Below are positions 18,920-28,671 of a DNA stretch of 64,000 bases, in pieces. The stretch is from an uncultured Gammaproteobacteria bacterium. GTDB taxonomy: Bacteria > Patescibacteriota > Patescibacteriia > Patescibacteriales > UBA12465. A program made the position numbers and the translations under genes. The notes below the pieces were generated by a model. That model had not been told where the DNA came from, did no database searches, and worked only from the letters and a program-made list of their open reading frames with translations. Location of the stretch: the NCBI GenBank assembly GCA_964608425.1, contig CAZSNN010000001.1:1073-65072 (forward strand). Reading direction: 5' to 3'. Positions within the stretch are counted from its first letter, which is position 1; each line of letters opens with the position of its first letter.

Positions 18920-19528
18920 TTAAACTCGACGTGGTTTTTTTGGACGACAACCATTATGAGGAACCGAAGTAGTATCCTTGATAGTAGAAATCTCCAAACC
19001 ATTGGCATTTAAAGCTCTAATAGCAGCCTCCCTGCCTGTACCAACACCTGAAACAAAGACCCTAACTTCCTCTAATCCATATTCTTCTTTAGCTTTAAGG
19101 ACGGCAATTTTAGCAATAATTTGAGCAGCGTAAGGAGTAGCTTTTTTAGCTCCTTTAAATCCAGCAACACCAGCACTGGCCCAAGAAATAACATTACCAG
19201 TTTTATCAGTTAGAGAAATTATAGTATTGTTATAAGTTGCGCTAATATAAGCGTTGCCAGACTTTACTTTTATATTTTCCTTCTTCTTTTTTTTCTTAAT
19301 CAACTTCTTTTTACTTCTAGCCTGTTTATTCTTTTCTAATTTTTGTTTAATTTCTTCAGGCAAATCTTCGATTTCATTTTTATTTTCAGATTTTAAATCT
19401 TCGTCATCAGAAAACAAATCATCACTAGAAAACAAATCTTCGTCTTCAGTTTTTACCTCTGGAGTTTCTAGGGAATTAACCTCTGGTGATAACTCTTTTT
19501 CATTTTTGTCTTTTTTTTCTTCGGTCAT
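18920..19528 (-). CDS. rpsK: 30S ribosomal protein S11 with long charged N-terminal extension
   Basis: [35 protein letters not shown]. Confidence 0.97.
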   Translation of the reverse strand: MTEEKKDKNEKELSPEVNSLETPEVKTEDEDLFSSDDLFSDDEDLKSENKNEIEDLPEEIKQKLEKNKQARSKKKLIKKKKKKENIKVKSGNAYISATYNNTIISLTDKTGNVISWASAGVAGFKGAKKATPYAAQIIAKIAVLKAKEEYGLEEVRVFVSGVGTGREAAIRALNANGLEISTIKDTTSVPHNGCRPKKPRRV

Positions 19529-19570
19529 ATTTTATTTATTATTTGATATATATTAAAATTTAAAAACAGA

Positions 19571-19966
19571 TTAAGTCTTTTGACTACCCGCCTTACTCTT
19601 ACCTGATCCCATAGTAGATCTCTTATTACCTCTTACTGTTCGACTATTGGTTTTAGTTCTTTGTCCATGAACTGGCAAATGTCTGGTATGACAAATACCA
19701 ACTCTAGCTCCAACCTCCTTAAGTCTTTTAATATTACTAGCCACTTCTCGACGTAAATCACCTTCAGTTAAAAACTTTTTTTCAATAATATCGCGCAAAT
19801 TATTAGCTTCAGCTTCTTTTAAGTCTTTAACTCTAATAGAAGGATCAATATTAGCCATCTTTAAAATATCTTTAGAAAATTTTGGGCCAATTCCATAAAT
19901 ATAGGTTAAGGCTACCTCAATTTTTTTCTCATTAGGAATTGTTATTCCAGAAATTCTTACTGCCAT
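19571..19966 (-). CDS. rpsM: 30S ribosomal protein S13
   Basis: ALTYIYGIG, EGDLRR, LPVHGQRTKTNSRT. Confidence 0.98.
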   Translation of the reverse strand: MAVRISGITIPNEKKIEVALTYIYGIGPKFSKDILKMANIDPSIRVKDLKEAEANNLRDIIEKKFLTEGDLRREVASNIKRLKEVGARVGICHTRHLPVHGQRTKTNSRTVRGNKRSTMGSGKSKAGSQKT

Positions 19967-20002
19967 AGTTTTATTTTATATCTTAATTTAAAAAATAAAT
20001 AA

Positions 20003-20116
20003 TTAACCCTGACGCTGTTTGTGTTTAGGGGTTTTACAAATTACATAAACTCGCCCTTTACGACGAACTATCTTACAGTCTTTACAAATTTTTTTTGCAC
20101 TAGCTCTAACTTTCAT
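20003..20116 (-). CDS. rpmJ: 50S ribosomal protein L36 (absent from ORF track)
   Basis: Manual translation [37 protein letters not shown], between infA and rpsM. Confidence 0.97.
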   Translation of the reverse strand: MKVRASAKKICKDCKIVRRKGRVYVICKTPKHKQRQG

Positions 20117-20198
20117 AAATATTTGAAACAGTTAAAAAAGTATTTTAATCTGCTTTTCTTAATTACCAAATAAAAAACATTTTATCAAAAGAGGAAAA

Positions 20199-20438
20199 TT
20201 AAAGACGGAAAACTATTCTGCCTTTACTTAGATCATAGGGACTCATTTGGACTCTAACTTTATCTCCTGGCAATAATCTAATTTTGTTCATCCTCATCTT
20301 ACCAGATAGATGTCCTAGTATTTCATGACCATTCTCTAATTTTATTTTAAAATTAGCCGCTGGCATTAACTCTAAAATTTCTCCTTTTAACTCAATGAAA
20401 TCTTTAGAATCTATTGTTGGATTATTTTGATTGTCCAT
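20199..20438 (-). CDS. infA: Translation initiation factor IF-1
   Basis: [38 protein letters not shown]; likely start MDNQN. Confidence 0.96.
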   Translation of the reverse strand: MDNQNNPTIDSKDFIELKGEILELMPAANFKIKLENGHEILGHLSGKMRMNKIRLLPGDKVRVQMSPYDLSKGRIVFRL

Positions 20439-20535
20439 TAACACAAAAAATCTTGACAAAGAAAACTTCTTTATCAAAATCCCTTAAAAATACAAAAATT
20501 AATATTTTAAAAATATTTATAAAGCAATTATATAT

Positions 20536-22413
20536 TTATTTACTATTATTGTCAAGAGGCATTAAAACGGCCTTAATTCTTCTAACTCCGGAACTAGAAC
20601 TCTCTTCTTTTTGTATTTTAAAAATACCCAAATTTTTTAAACTTTCTACATGAGGACCTCCACAAATTTCTTTAGAAAAATCTCCTACCGTATAAACCTT
20701 AACTTTTTCTCCATATTTTGATTCAAAGATTCCAGTTGCTCCCATATTTTTAGCCTCTTCTAATGTCATCTCTCGACAATCAACCTGATATTCACTAGAT
20801 ATGATATTGTTAACCATATCTTCTACTTCTTTTTTTTGTTCATCAGTCATCTTTTCAGGATGAGAAAAGTCAAAACGCAATCTCTCAGCAGTAATATTAC
20901 TTCCCCGTTGTTCGACATGCGAACCTAAAACTCTCCTTAAAGACTCTAGCAATAAATGAGCTGCGGTATGTAATTTAGTGGTAGCTTCACTTTGATCGGC
21001 TAGTCCCCCCTTAAATTTCCCAGAGCTAGCGGTTTTAGACAACTCTTGATGACGAATAAATTCTTTTTGGTATTCTTCTTTAAAATTTGGAGTTTTTTTA
21101 ATTCCTTTTTCTAAAATTATTTCCTCAGTCATCTCCAAGGGGTAACCATGTGACTGGAATAAATCAAAAGCCATTTGTCCATTAATACCAACCGGGGAGT
21201 TTGCTAAGGAAGTTAGAATTTTTTCGCCTCTTTCGATCATTTTAGAAAATTTTTGCTCTTCCTCCGACAAACTCTTCAAAATAAAATCTTTATTTCTGGT
21301 CAATTCTTGATAATCTTCTTGATAAAAATCAACAATCATTTTAGCGGCCTCTAAAATAAACCCATCTTGAACAATGCCCAATTGACGAGCTGAACGCAAA
21401 GCTCTTCTAATTAAACGTCTAATTATATAACCCTGATCTGTATTTGAAGGATTCATTTTTTTATCATCTCCTAATAAAAAAACAGAAGATTTGATATGAT
21501 CGGAAATTACTTCAAAATATTTTTTATTATCTTCATACTTTTTGTTAGACAATTCCTCTATTTTTAAAATAACATTATACAGAGAATCAATTTTAAAAAT
21601 ATTATCTACATCATTAACGGCCATAACAATTCTTTCTAATCCACCACCGAAATCAACATTTTTATTTTTTAATTCCTCCCAACCATTAGAGCTTTTTTGA
21701 TATTGCATAAAAACTGAATTCCCAATTTCAACAAATCGACCACAATCACAATTGACGTGGCAATGAGGACCAAACTTTAAATCGTGTTCTTTACCCGTAT
21801 CATAAAAGGTTTCGCTATCCGGACCGCCCAACTCCCCTACAGCGTCACCTCTTTGCCACCAATTCTTATCACGATAAGCAAATATTTTTTGTTTAGAAAA
21901 ATCTATTTTCTGGCCCGATCCATTATCACCTTTATTAATAGTTTCTGGGCCCTCTTCGACTACAACACCATATTTGGCATATATATCCTTTAAAATACCA
22001 ATAGCTTCGTTATCCTTTTCTATTTTCAAACCATCACCCACGTAAATTGTTTGATAAATTCTATTTATATCCAGGCCCAATTCTTCAATCAAGAATTCAT
22101 ACCACCAATTGAGCTGATCTTTTTTAAAATAATCACCCAAGCTCCAATTTCCTAACATTTCAAAAAAAGTATTATGGCGACCGTCTCCAACATCGTCAAT
22201 ATCCTCGCTGCGGAAACATTTTTGACTATTTGTTAAGCGAATTCCAGCTGGATGTTTCTCTCCCAATAGATAAGGAACTAGTGGAGACATTCCAGCATTT
22301 ACAAACAATATTGTAGAATCATTTTCTGGAATTAAAGAAGCACTAGAGATTATACTATGCCCCTTACTCTTAAAAAAATCTAAATATTTTTGTCGTATTT
22401 CTCTAGTAGTCAT
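20536..22413 (-). CDS. alaS: Alanine--tRNA ligase (short form, no C-Ala domain)
   Basis: LFVNAGM, HNTFFEMLGNWS, GLERI, editing motifs HTAAHLL and CGGPHV, GVRRIKA; start MTTREIR. Confidence 0.96.
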   Translation of the reverse strand: MTTREIRQKYLDFFKSKGHSIISSASLIPENDSTILFVNAGMSPLVPYLLGEKHPAGIRLTNSQKCFRSEDIDDVGDGRHNTFFEMLGNWSLGDYFKKDQLNWWYEFLIEELGLDINRIYQTIYVGDGLKIEKDNEAIGILKDIYAKYGVVVEEGPETINKGDNGSGQKIDFSKQKIFAYRDKNWWQRGDAVGELGGPDSETFYDTGKEHDLKFGPHCHVNCDCGRFVEIGNSVFMQYQKSSNGWEELKNKNVDFGGGLERIVMAVNDVDNIFKIDSLYNVILKIEELSNKKYEDNKKYFEVISDHIKSSVFLLGDDKKMNPSNTDQGYIIRRLIRRALRSARQLGIVQDGFILEAAKMIVDFYQEDYQELTRNKDFILKSLSEEEQKFSKMIERGEKILTSLANSPVGINGQMAFDLFQSHGYPLEMTEEIILEKGIKKTPNFKEEYQKEFIRHQELSKTASSGKFKGGLADQSEATTKLHTAAHLLLESLRRVLGSHVEQRGSNITAERLRFDFSHPEKMTDEQKKEVEDMVNNIISSEYQVDCREMTLEEAKNMGATGIFESKYGEKVKVYTVGDFSKEICGGPHVESLKNLGIFKIQKEESSSSGVRRIKAVLMPLDNNSK

Positions 22414-22429
22414 AAAAAATAAAATAAGT

Positions 22430-23446
22430 TTATAAAATATTAACCTCTTCCTCAAGTTCAATCTTAAAATTCTCTTTAACTTCCGATTTAATTTGCTTAA
22501 CTAATTCCAAGACATCCCTTTGAGTTGCCCCTCCATGATTTACAATTATTAAAGCCTGCTTTTCATAAACACCCACTGCACCAAATCTTCTTCCCTTAAA
22601 ACCACATTTCTCAATCAACCAGCCAGCTGGAATTTTTATTTCACTATTATTTACAAAATATTTCAAATCAGAATACTGGCTCTTTAACTCTTCAAATAAA
22701 TCAGTTTTAATAATAGGATTTTTAAAGAAAGAACCGGCACTAGGTAAAATAGCTGGATTAGGAAGTTTTTGATCCCTAATTTCCCTAATAATTTCAGTCA
22801 ATTGTTTTAAACTTGGCTTAATTAAATCTTTTTCCTCTAAAACCTTTTTTATATCAGGATAATCTAATTTTAATTCTCCACTTCGTTTTAATTTTACCTC
22901 CACCCAAAGAATAAAATATTTTCCCTTTAATTTATTCTTAAAGATACTATCTCGATAACCAAATTGACAATCTTTTAAATTAAAATATTCCTCTTTACCA
23001 GTTTCTAAATTAATAGCTGCTAAATTATAAAAAACATCTTTTAGCTCCACTCCATAAGCTCCAATATTTTGTACCGGAGAAGCCCCGACTGTTCCTGGGA
23101 TATAAAAAGTGTTTTCCAATCCATATAGATTCTTTTCAATAGCAAAATAAACCAATCTTGACCATGGCTCTCCACTGTGAGAGCGAACAATAACCTCTTG
23201 TTCATTTTCTGAAATAATTTCCATGCCTTTTATCTCGTTTTTCAAAACTAAACCAGGAAAATTTTGATCAGAAAATAAAATATTGGAACCACCACCTAAA
23301 ACAAAAATATTTTTTCCATTTTTGTTAGCCCAAGCCAAAGCTTCTAATAATTCAACCTTATTTTCAATCACTGCAAAGAAATCAGCCTGACCTCCAATTT
23401 TAAAAGTTGAATAATTATTTAATTTTATATTTTTTAAAATTTTCAT
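22430..23446 (-). CDS. murB: UDP-N-acetylmuramate dehydrogenase
   Basis: LGGGSNIL, IPGTVGASPVQNIGAYG, FGYRDSIFK, AGSFFKNP. Confidence 0.97.
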   Translation of the reverse strand: MKILKNIKLNNYSTFKIGGQADFFAVIENKVELLEALAWANKNGKNIFVLGGGSNILFSDQNFPGLVLKNEIKGMEIISENEQEVIVRSHSGEPWSRLVYFAIEKNLYGLENTFYIPGTVGASPVQNIGAYGVELKDVFYNLAAINLETGKEEYFNLKDCQFGYRDSIFKNKLKGKYFILWVEVKLKRSGELKLDYPDIKKVLEEKDLIKPSLKQLTEIIREIRDQKLPNPAILPSAGSFFKNPIIKTDLFEELKSQYSDLKYFVNNSEIKIPAGWLIEKCGFKGRRFGAVGVYEKQALIIVNHGGATQRDVLELVKQIKSEVKENFKIELEEEVNIL

Positions 23447-23466
23447 TTTTAGAAAATAATACTTTA

Positions 23467-24891
23467 TTAAGATTTTATATTAAGCCAATTATAGGCGACC
23501 TTAAAAACATCTCCCGCTCCCAAGAATAAAACAACATCTCCCGGACCAACCTTATTTGGCAATTCTTTTTCAGCTACTTTTATATTTTTTAAATAGGCTA
23601 CCTTTTGTTGATTATTTAAATTTTTATTATATTGCCTAATTTTCTTTATTAAATCAAGACTAGAAATATTATCCTTCTTTTCTCGAGCTGAGGAATATAT
23701 TTCTATTAAATACAAGTCATCACTTAAAACAAAACTCTTAGAAAAATCATCCAGCAAAAATTTAGTTCGGCTAAAAGTGTGAGGATGAAAAACGGTAATA
23801 ATTTTTTTATCTGGATACTTCTGTTTAACAGCCTCTAAGGAAGCCTTAATTTCGCTAGGATGATGAGCATAATCATCTATAATAATAGCTCCTCTATATT
23901 CACCCAAAACATCAAATCTTCTAGCCGCCCCAGTGAAAGAAGCTAAGGCCTTTTTAATTTTTTCGATAGGAACGCCTAATTCCAAAGAAGTGCTAATCAC
24001 CGCCAAAGCATTCAAAATATTATGACGACCTGGCAAAAAAATCTTAAATTCCCCTATCATTTTTTGTCCGCAAAAAAGACTAAAAAATTGATAGCCCCCT
24101 CTAGTCTGACAATTTCTGGCCTGATATATTTTTTTATATTTAATCTTTTTATTTAAAATCGATTTATCAATATAATAACCAATAATTCTGCCTGAACATT
24201 TTTGTAGGATCTGTGAAGATTTTTTATCCTCCATATTAGTAATTAAAAAACCTGATTTAGGAATCTTTTTAATAAACTCGGAAAAAACCTTAATATAAGC
24301 CTGATCATTTTTAAAATAATCGGGATGATCAAAATCAATATTATTCAAAATAATAGCCTTAGGATTAAAATACTTTAATTTATTTTGATATTCATCTGAT
24401 TCCGCTAAAAAATACTTAGATTTTCCAACCAAAGCGCTACCCTTAAATTGCTTAACGTAAGAACCTGTCAAAACATTAGGCGATATTTTGCTTTTATGTA
24501 AAACATAACCCAACCACGAAGTAACTGTTGTTTTACCATGACTACCACAAACCGAAATTCCAAAATAATTATCAAATAAAAATCCTAGAGCTTCGGCGTA
24601 AGAATAAGTCGGAACATTCTTGTCTGCAAAATATTTCATTTCAATATTATTATCCAAGGTAAAGGCCGAAGAATGAATAATCACATCAATTTTATTAGGA
24701 AAATCTCTTAAAGAAAATCCTTGTTTAACTCTAATCTTAGAATTAAACAAAGTCTTATCAGTTGGAAACATATCAGAAACATCTGATCCGCTAATCATAG
24801 CCCCTCGGCCCCTAAGGAATTGAGCTAACATGGCCATCCCCACGCCCTTAATTCCAATCATATAAATATTTTTTTTATCTCCAAAATTCAT
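23467..24891 (-). CDS. murC: UDP-N-acetylmuramate--L-alanine ligase
   Basis: IGIKGVGM, GSHGKTTVT, ESDEY, DDYAHHPSEI, FHPHTFSRT. Confidence 0.95.
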   Translation of the reverse strand: MNFGDKKNIYMIGIKGVGMAMLAQFLRGRGAMISGSDVSDMFPTDKTLFNSKIRVKQGFSLRDFPNKIDVIIHSSAFTLDNNIEMKYFADKNVPTYSYAEALGFLFDNYFGISVCGSHGKTTVTSWLGYVLHKSKISPNVLTGSYVKQFKGSALVGKSKYFLAESDEYQNKLKYFNPKAIILNNIDFDHPDYFKNDQAYIKVFSEFIKKIPKSGFLITNMEDKKSSQILQKCSGRIIGYYIDKSILNKKIKYKKIYQARNCQTRGGYQFFSLFCGQKMIGEFKIFLPGRHNILNALAVISTSLELGVPIEKIKKALASFTGAARRFDVLGEYRGAIIIDDYAHHPSEIKASLEAVKQKYPDKKIITVFHPHTFSRTKFLLDDFSKSFVLSDDLYLIEIYSSAREKKDNISSLDLIKKIRQYNKNLNNQQKVAYLKNIKVAEKELPNKVGPGDVVLFLGAGDVFKVAYNWLNIKS

Positions 24892-24987
24892 TTTTTTAGT
24901 ATTGTTTTACTTTACAGTAAAATAATTATATCATATAATAAAAATATAGTAAAAATATTTAAAAAAAACAACCAAGTCTAAAAATCG

Positions 24988-25016
24988 TTGACAAAAATCA
25001 TCAAAAATGTTATAAT
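24988..25016 (+). promoter_or_regulatory. Consensus sigma70 promoter with extended -10
   Basis: TTGACA (24988-24993), 17 nt, TATAAT (25011-25016), preceded by TGn. Confidence 0.85.
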
Positions 25017-25050
25017 ATACTTGTATTTTAATAATAAATTAATAAATAAT

Positions 25051-26367
25051 ATGGAAGAAATAAAACAACAAAAAATGTCCGAAAAGATTGAAAAAGATAC
25101 TAAAATTGTAGCGGAAGATACTCTATCACAAGAAGAAAAAAAAGATCGATTAGATAAAGAAATTCCTGGTAAGCTTAATTTTAGAGAAGCCACCAATGAA
25201 GAAAGAGAAAAATTAAATGATAGAGTTCCCACCCCCCAAAAAGAAGCACTTAAGATATGTGCTAGAATTTTTAATAAAGAATGTCTTCATCCTTGGTACA
25301 CAATTGGTTCTATTGCTTTTTTAATTAATGCCAATGAAAGTAAAAAACAGCCAGATGATATTGATATAATATTTCATGAAAAAGATTTTTCAAAAATAAA
25401 GGAAGAATTCACCAAATTAGGATTTGAGAGCGGAATATCTCAAAATACTGGATGTCCATATGTTAAGGGCAAAATAAAAGTTTTAACTAAAAACGAACAA
25501 GGAATAGAAGAGACCAAAGAAATTGAAATGGAGGCTTTTGGACAAAAAACTGATACTCCTAATGGACTAATTAATCCAGGAGCAGTTAACACTGATTATA
25601 ATATTATTAAAAACTCTCTTTCGGAGGATTCATTAGAAGATTTCAATATCTTAGACAGAGAGGGTCAAATAGAATTATATTTTAAAAATCTAACAGAAGA
25701 GATAAAACATTTTAATTTCGAAGCTTCTCTGGAAAATTACGAAAAATTTGGCGAAGAATATTATTCTAAAGATAAAGCTGGAAAATTTATCAATCGCCTA
25801 GCTAATCTTTTTGAACTAAACAACAATAATGCTAGGGAGATTATTTTTAAGGCTGGAAGAATTAGTGTTAATGACCTAGAAAAAAGAAAACTATTAAAAG
25901 AGTTTTTAAACATATCAAATAGTTTTTCGGAAAATATTAAATTAGGAGATTTTGATAATTTTGAAAATGATACCAGAGAAGGTAAAAAAATTGAAAAAGA
26001 TGTTTTAGAAGTTTTAGATAGCGAAGACATTCAGGACTCGGTAGAAAAACTAAAAAAAACCATCAATTCAGAGATAAAAAATTTAATATCCACCTATAAA
26101 AATATAGAAAAAGAAATAAAAGAAACTGATGAAAACAACGATCTCAAAGAAAACCTTTACAACAAAATAAATAGTATAATTCAAGAAAAAGAAAAAATCG
26201 CCAAAATTCTTTTAAGCGATTACAAAAATATCGATATCTCTAAAAACAATTACAAAAATCTAGCTCCCTATATTTTTTCAGTAAAATTTATTCAAAATTA
26301 TTTGCACCCCTTCACTAAGAAGATAGAAAAATTTAAAGAAGAATTAGCTAAAGAACTAGCAGCTTAA
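25051..26367 (+). CDS. Hypothetical protein with nucleotidyltransferase-like N-terminal motif and helical C-terminus
   Basis: hGS..DxD pattern (YTIGSIAF..QPDDIDIIF); ATG at 25051 lies downstream of the promoter. Confidence 0.6.
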   Translation: MEEIKQQKMSEKIEKDTKIVAEDTLSQEEKKDRLDKEIPGKLNFREATNEEREKLNDRVPTPQKEALKICARIFNKECLHPWYTIGSIAFLINANESKKQPDDIDIIFHEKDFSKIKEEFTKLGFESGISQNTGCPYVKGKIKVLTKNEQGIEETKEIEMEAFGQKTDTPNGLINPGAVNTDYNIIKNSLSEDSLEDFNILDREGQIELYFKNLTEEIKHFNFEASLENYEKFGEEYYSKDKAGKFINRLANLFELNNNNAREIIFKAGRISVNDLEKRKLLKEFLNISNSFSENIKLGDFDNFENDTREGKKIEKDVLEVLDSEDIQDSVEKLKKTINSEIKNLISTYKNIEKEIKETDENNDLKENLYNKINSIIQEKEKIAKILLSDYKNIDISKNNYKNLAPYIFSVKFIQNYLHPFTKKIEKFKEELAKELAA

Positions 26368-26373
26368 TAAAGA

Positions 26374-27447
26374 CTATTTAATTATACTTTCAATAATGGC
26401 AATCATCTCTTGGTTGCCATTTTTGATTACTTTAAAAATATTCTGAGACAACTTATTTTTTAAATTATCATCTAATAAAATATTTTTTATTTCCTTAACA
26501 AAATTATCAGAAGTTAAATTATTCTCTGACAAAACAATAGCAGCCTCTTTATTCATAAATTCAAAAGCATTAAACTCCTGATGAGAGTTAGGCATAGGAA
26601 TAAGTATGCTAGGTTTAGATAAAAAGGACAGCTCAGTTAAAGTGGCCAGACCACAACGGGAAACTACTAAATCGGCCAAAGACATCAATACTAACAAGTC
26701 TTGGTGATCGACAAACTCTATCTTCGAATAATTATCGTGATTAAAATTATTTTCTATATCGCGCAAAGACGAGCCAACAACATGAATAACCCTAGAAAAT
26801 TTTATTAAATCGTTTAAAGAATCTTTTATTAATTTATTAAGAAATAAAGACCCTGTTCCCCCTCCCAAAACTAATATCAAAGGCAAAGAAGAATCTTTTA
26901 TTTTATATTTATCTAAAACCTCGTTATGAGATAATTTTGTCTTACTAAAATCAGGCCCTAAATTACCAATCAATTTAGCATTTTTTCCATAAGCCTTCAG
27001 AGAAGTAGAAAAAGTAACAGTAATAATATTAGCAACCCTGGACATGATTTTATTAGCCAATCCTGGAACCACATCTTGTTGATGAATAATGACTGGAATT
27101 TTTAATATCCAAGCAGCCCAAGACAAAGGTACGGCCACAAAACCTCCGGCGCTAACGACCAAGCCAGGCCTTTCCTTTATTAACAAAAAAAGGGACTGCC
27201 AAAAAGCTAAAAATATTTTAAAGAAATCAATAAAATTCTTAAAAGAAAAATAACGACGCCACTTACCACTTAAAATTGGTCGATAAACAATTCCCTCTTT
27301 TTTTACCATTTCAACTTCTAGCCCAGAATAGGTTCCAACAAAAATAAAATCGAACTTATCTTTTAAGTCTCTATAGATTTGAAAAAGTGGAGTAACTGAG
27401 CCTCCCGTTCCACCACCACTTATAATTATTTTTTTATTCTTGTTCAT
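26374..27447 (-). CDS. murG: MurG glycosyltransferase
   Basis: SGGGTGGSVTP, GGFVAVP, HQQDVVPGLAN, HQEFNA. Confidence 0.93.
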   Translation of the reverse strand: MNKNKKIIISGGGTGGSVTPLFQIYRDLKDKFDFIFVGTYSGLEVEMVKKEGIVYRPILSGKWRRYFSFKNFIDFFKIFLAFWQSLFLLIKERPGLVVSAGGFVAVPLSWAAWILKIPVIIHQQDVVPGLANKIMSRVANIITVTFSTSLKAYGKNAKLIGNLGPDFSKTKLSHNEVLDKYKIKDSSLPLILVLGGGTGSLFLNKLIKDSLNDLIKFSRVIHVVGSSLRDIENNFNHDNYSKIEFVDHQDLLVLMSLADLVVSRCGLATLTELSFLSKPSILIPMPNSHQEFNAFEFMNKEAAIVLSENNLTSDNFVKEIKNILLDDNLKNKLSQNIFKVIKNGNQEMIAIIESIIK

Positions 27448-27453
27448 AGGCTA

Positions 27454-28665
27454 TTATTTATTTTTTTCTATCTTCTGTCTATCAATGCTTACCAATATTC
27501 CACAAGAAGCCAATAAAAACCAAAGGGATGTTCCACCAGCACTAACAAAAGGAAGAGGTACTCCAGTCATAGGAATTAAATTAATCATTCCGCCAATATT
27601 TAAAAAGGCTTGAAAAAATATCCAAACAGAAATACCAACCGCCATAGAACGACCATACATATCCGGAGCTCTCTTGGCAATCATTATTCCTTTATAAAAA
27701 ATAAAAAGATAAACTAACAATAACAATACGGAACCAACAAAACCAATTTCCTCGGCAATAACAGGAAAAATAGAGTCAGCCCAAACCTCCGGCAAATAAT
27801 TAAATTTTTGGATACTATTACCAAAGCCACGCCCCCAAAGACCACCAGAGCCCACCGCTATCAAAGACTGATTAACTTGATAACAAATATCTCTATCAAA
27901 TTCTGGATTCTGTAAACACCTTATTCTATTAATCTGATAACTCCTCATTAAACCATCTGAATCTGGGTTATTCAAATTTGATAAAAAAATTAGAGATGAA
28001 AAAACAAAGATCAAAAACAATATTATTAATTGTTTCATATTACCCTCGGCTACAAAATAAATCGACAAGGCAATTGTAAAAACCAATATAAATGTCCCCA
28101 AATCAGGTTGAGCTATTAATAATATTCCAATTAGAGAAACTACCGATAAAAATGGTAGTAGTCCAGTAGAAAATTGTTTTAAATCATCTTGCCGACTCTC
28201 AACCCAAGCCGCCAGATAAAAAATAAGTAATAACTTTACTGCCTCAGCCACTTGAAAAGACTGCCCAAAAACAACTATCCAACTATAGGAGGTACCAAAT
28301 TCGGCTCTAACACCCGGAACAAAAACTAGTACCAATAAAGATATAGCCAAGACTAAAAAAAATAAGGAATATTTTCTCAAAAAATGATAATCAATCTTAG
28401 CTAGGACTAAAAAAGATATTAAGCCCAAAGAAAGACCAAATAATTGTTTTTTAATATAATAATAAGCATCACCAGTATTAGAATGAGCTGTTACTAAAGA
28501 AGCGCTAAATAAAATCACTAAACCAAAAACTACCAATAAAAGTATTGTGATCACAAAAGATCTATCGATCGAACCACTAGCAAAAAACAATTTAACCCTA
28601 GGAGCATTATTAGTTTTTCTCTCCTTGGGGTTTTCCAGCCGTCTTGTTTCCTCTCTCTTAAACAT
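27454..28665 (-). CDS. ftsW: SEDS family protein FtsW
   Basis: QPDLGT, YQVNQSLIAVGSGG, PMTGVPLPFVSAGGTS; lies between mraY and murG. Confidence 0.92.
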   Translation of the reverse strand: MFKREETRRLENPKERKTNNAPRVKLFFASGSIDRSFVITILLLVVFGLVILFSASLVTAHSNTGDAYYYIKKQLFGLSLGLISFLVLAKIDYHFLRKYSLFFLVLAISLLVLVFVPGVRAEFGTSYSWIVVFGQSFQVAEAVKLLLIFYLAAWVESRQDDLKQFSTGLLPFLSVVSLIGILLIAQPDLGTFILVFTIALSIYFVAEGNMKQLIILFLIFVFSSLIFLSNLNNPDSDGLMRSYQINRIRCLQNPEFDRDICYQVNQSLIAVGSGGLWGRGFGNSIQKFNYLPEVWADSIFPVIAEEIGFVGSVLLLLVYLFIFYKGIMIAKRAPDMYGRSMAVGISVWIFFQAFLNIGGMINLIPMTGVPLPFVSAGGTSLWFLLASCGILVSIDRQKIEKNK

Positions 28666-28671
28666 TTTATT

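Noticed and set aside
24988-25050. Track start (TTG) for the NTase-like ORF, and similar N-terminal extensions of infA, alaS, rmlB, prfA, the U32 gene and 12295-13878
   Set aside because: The extensions overlap promoters, terminators or neighbouring genes; downstream ATGs fit better
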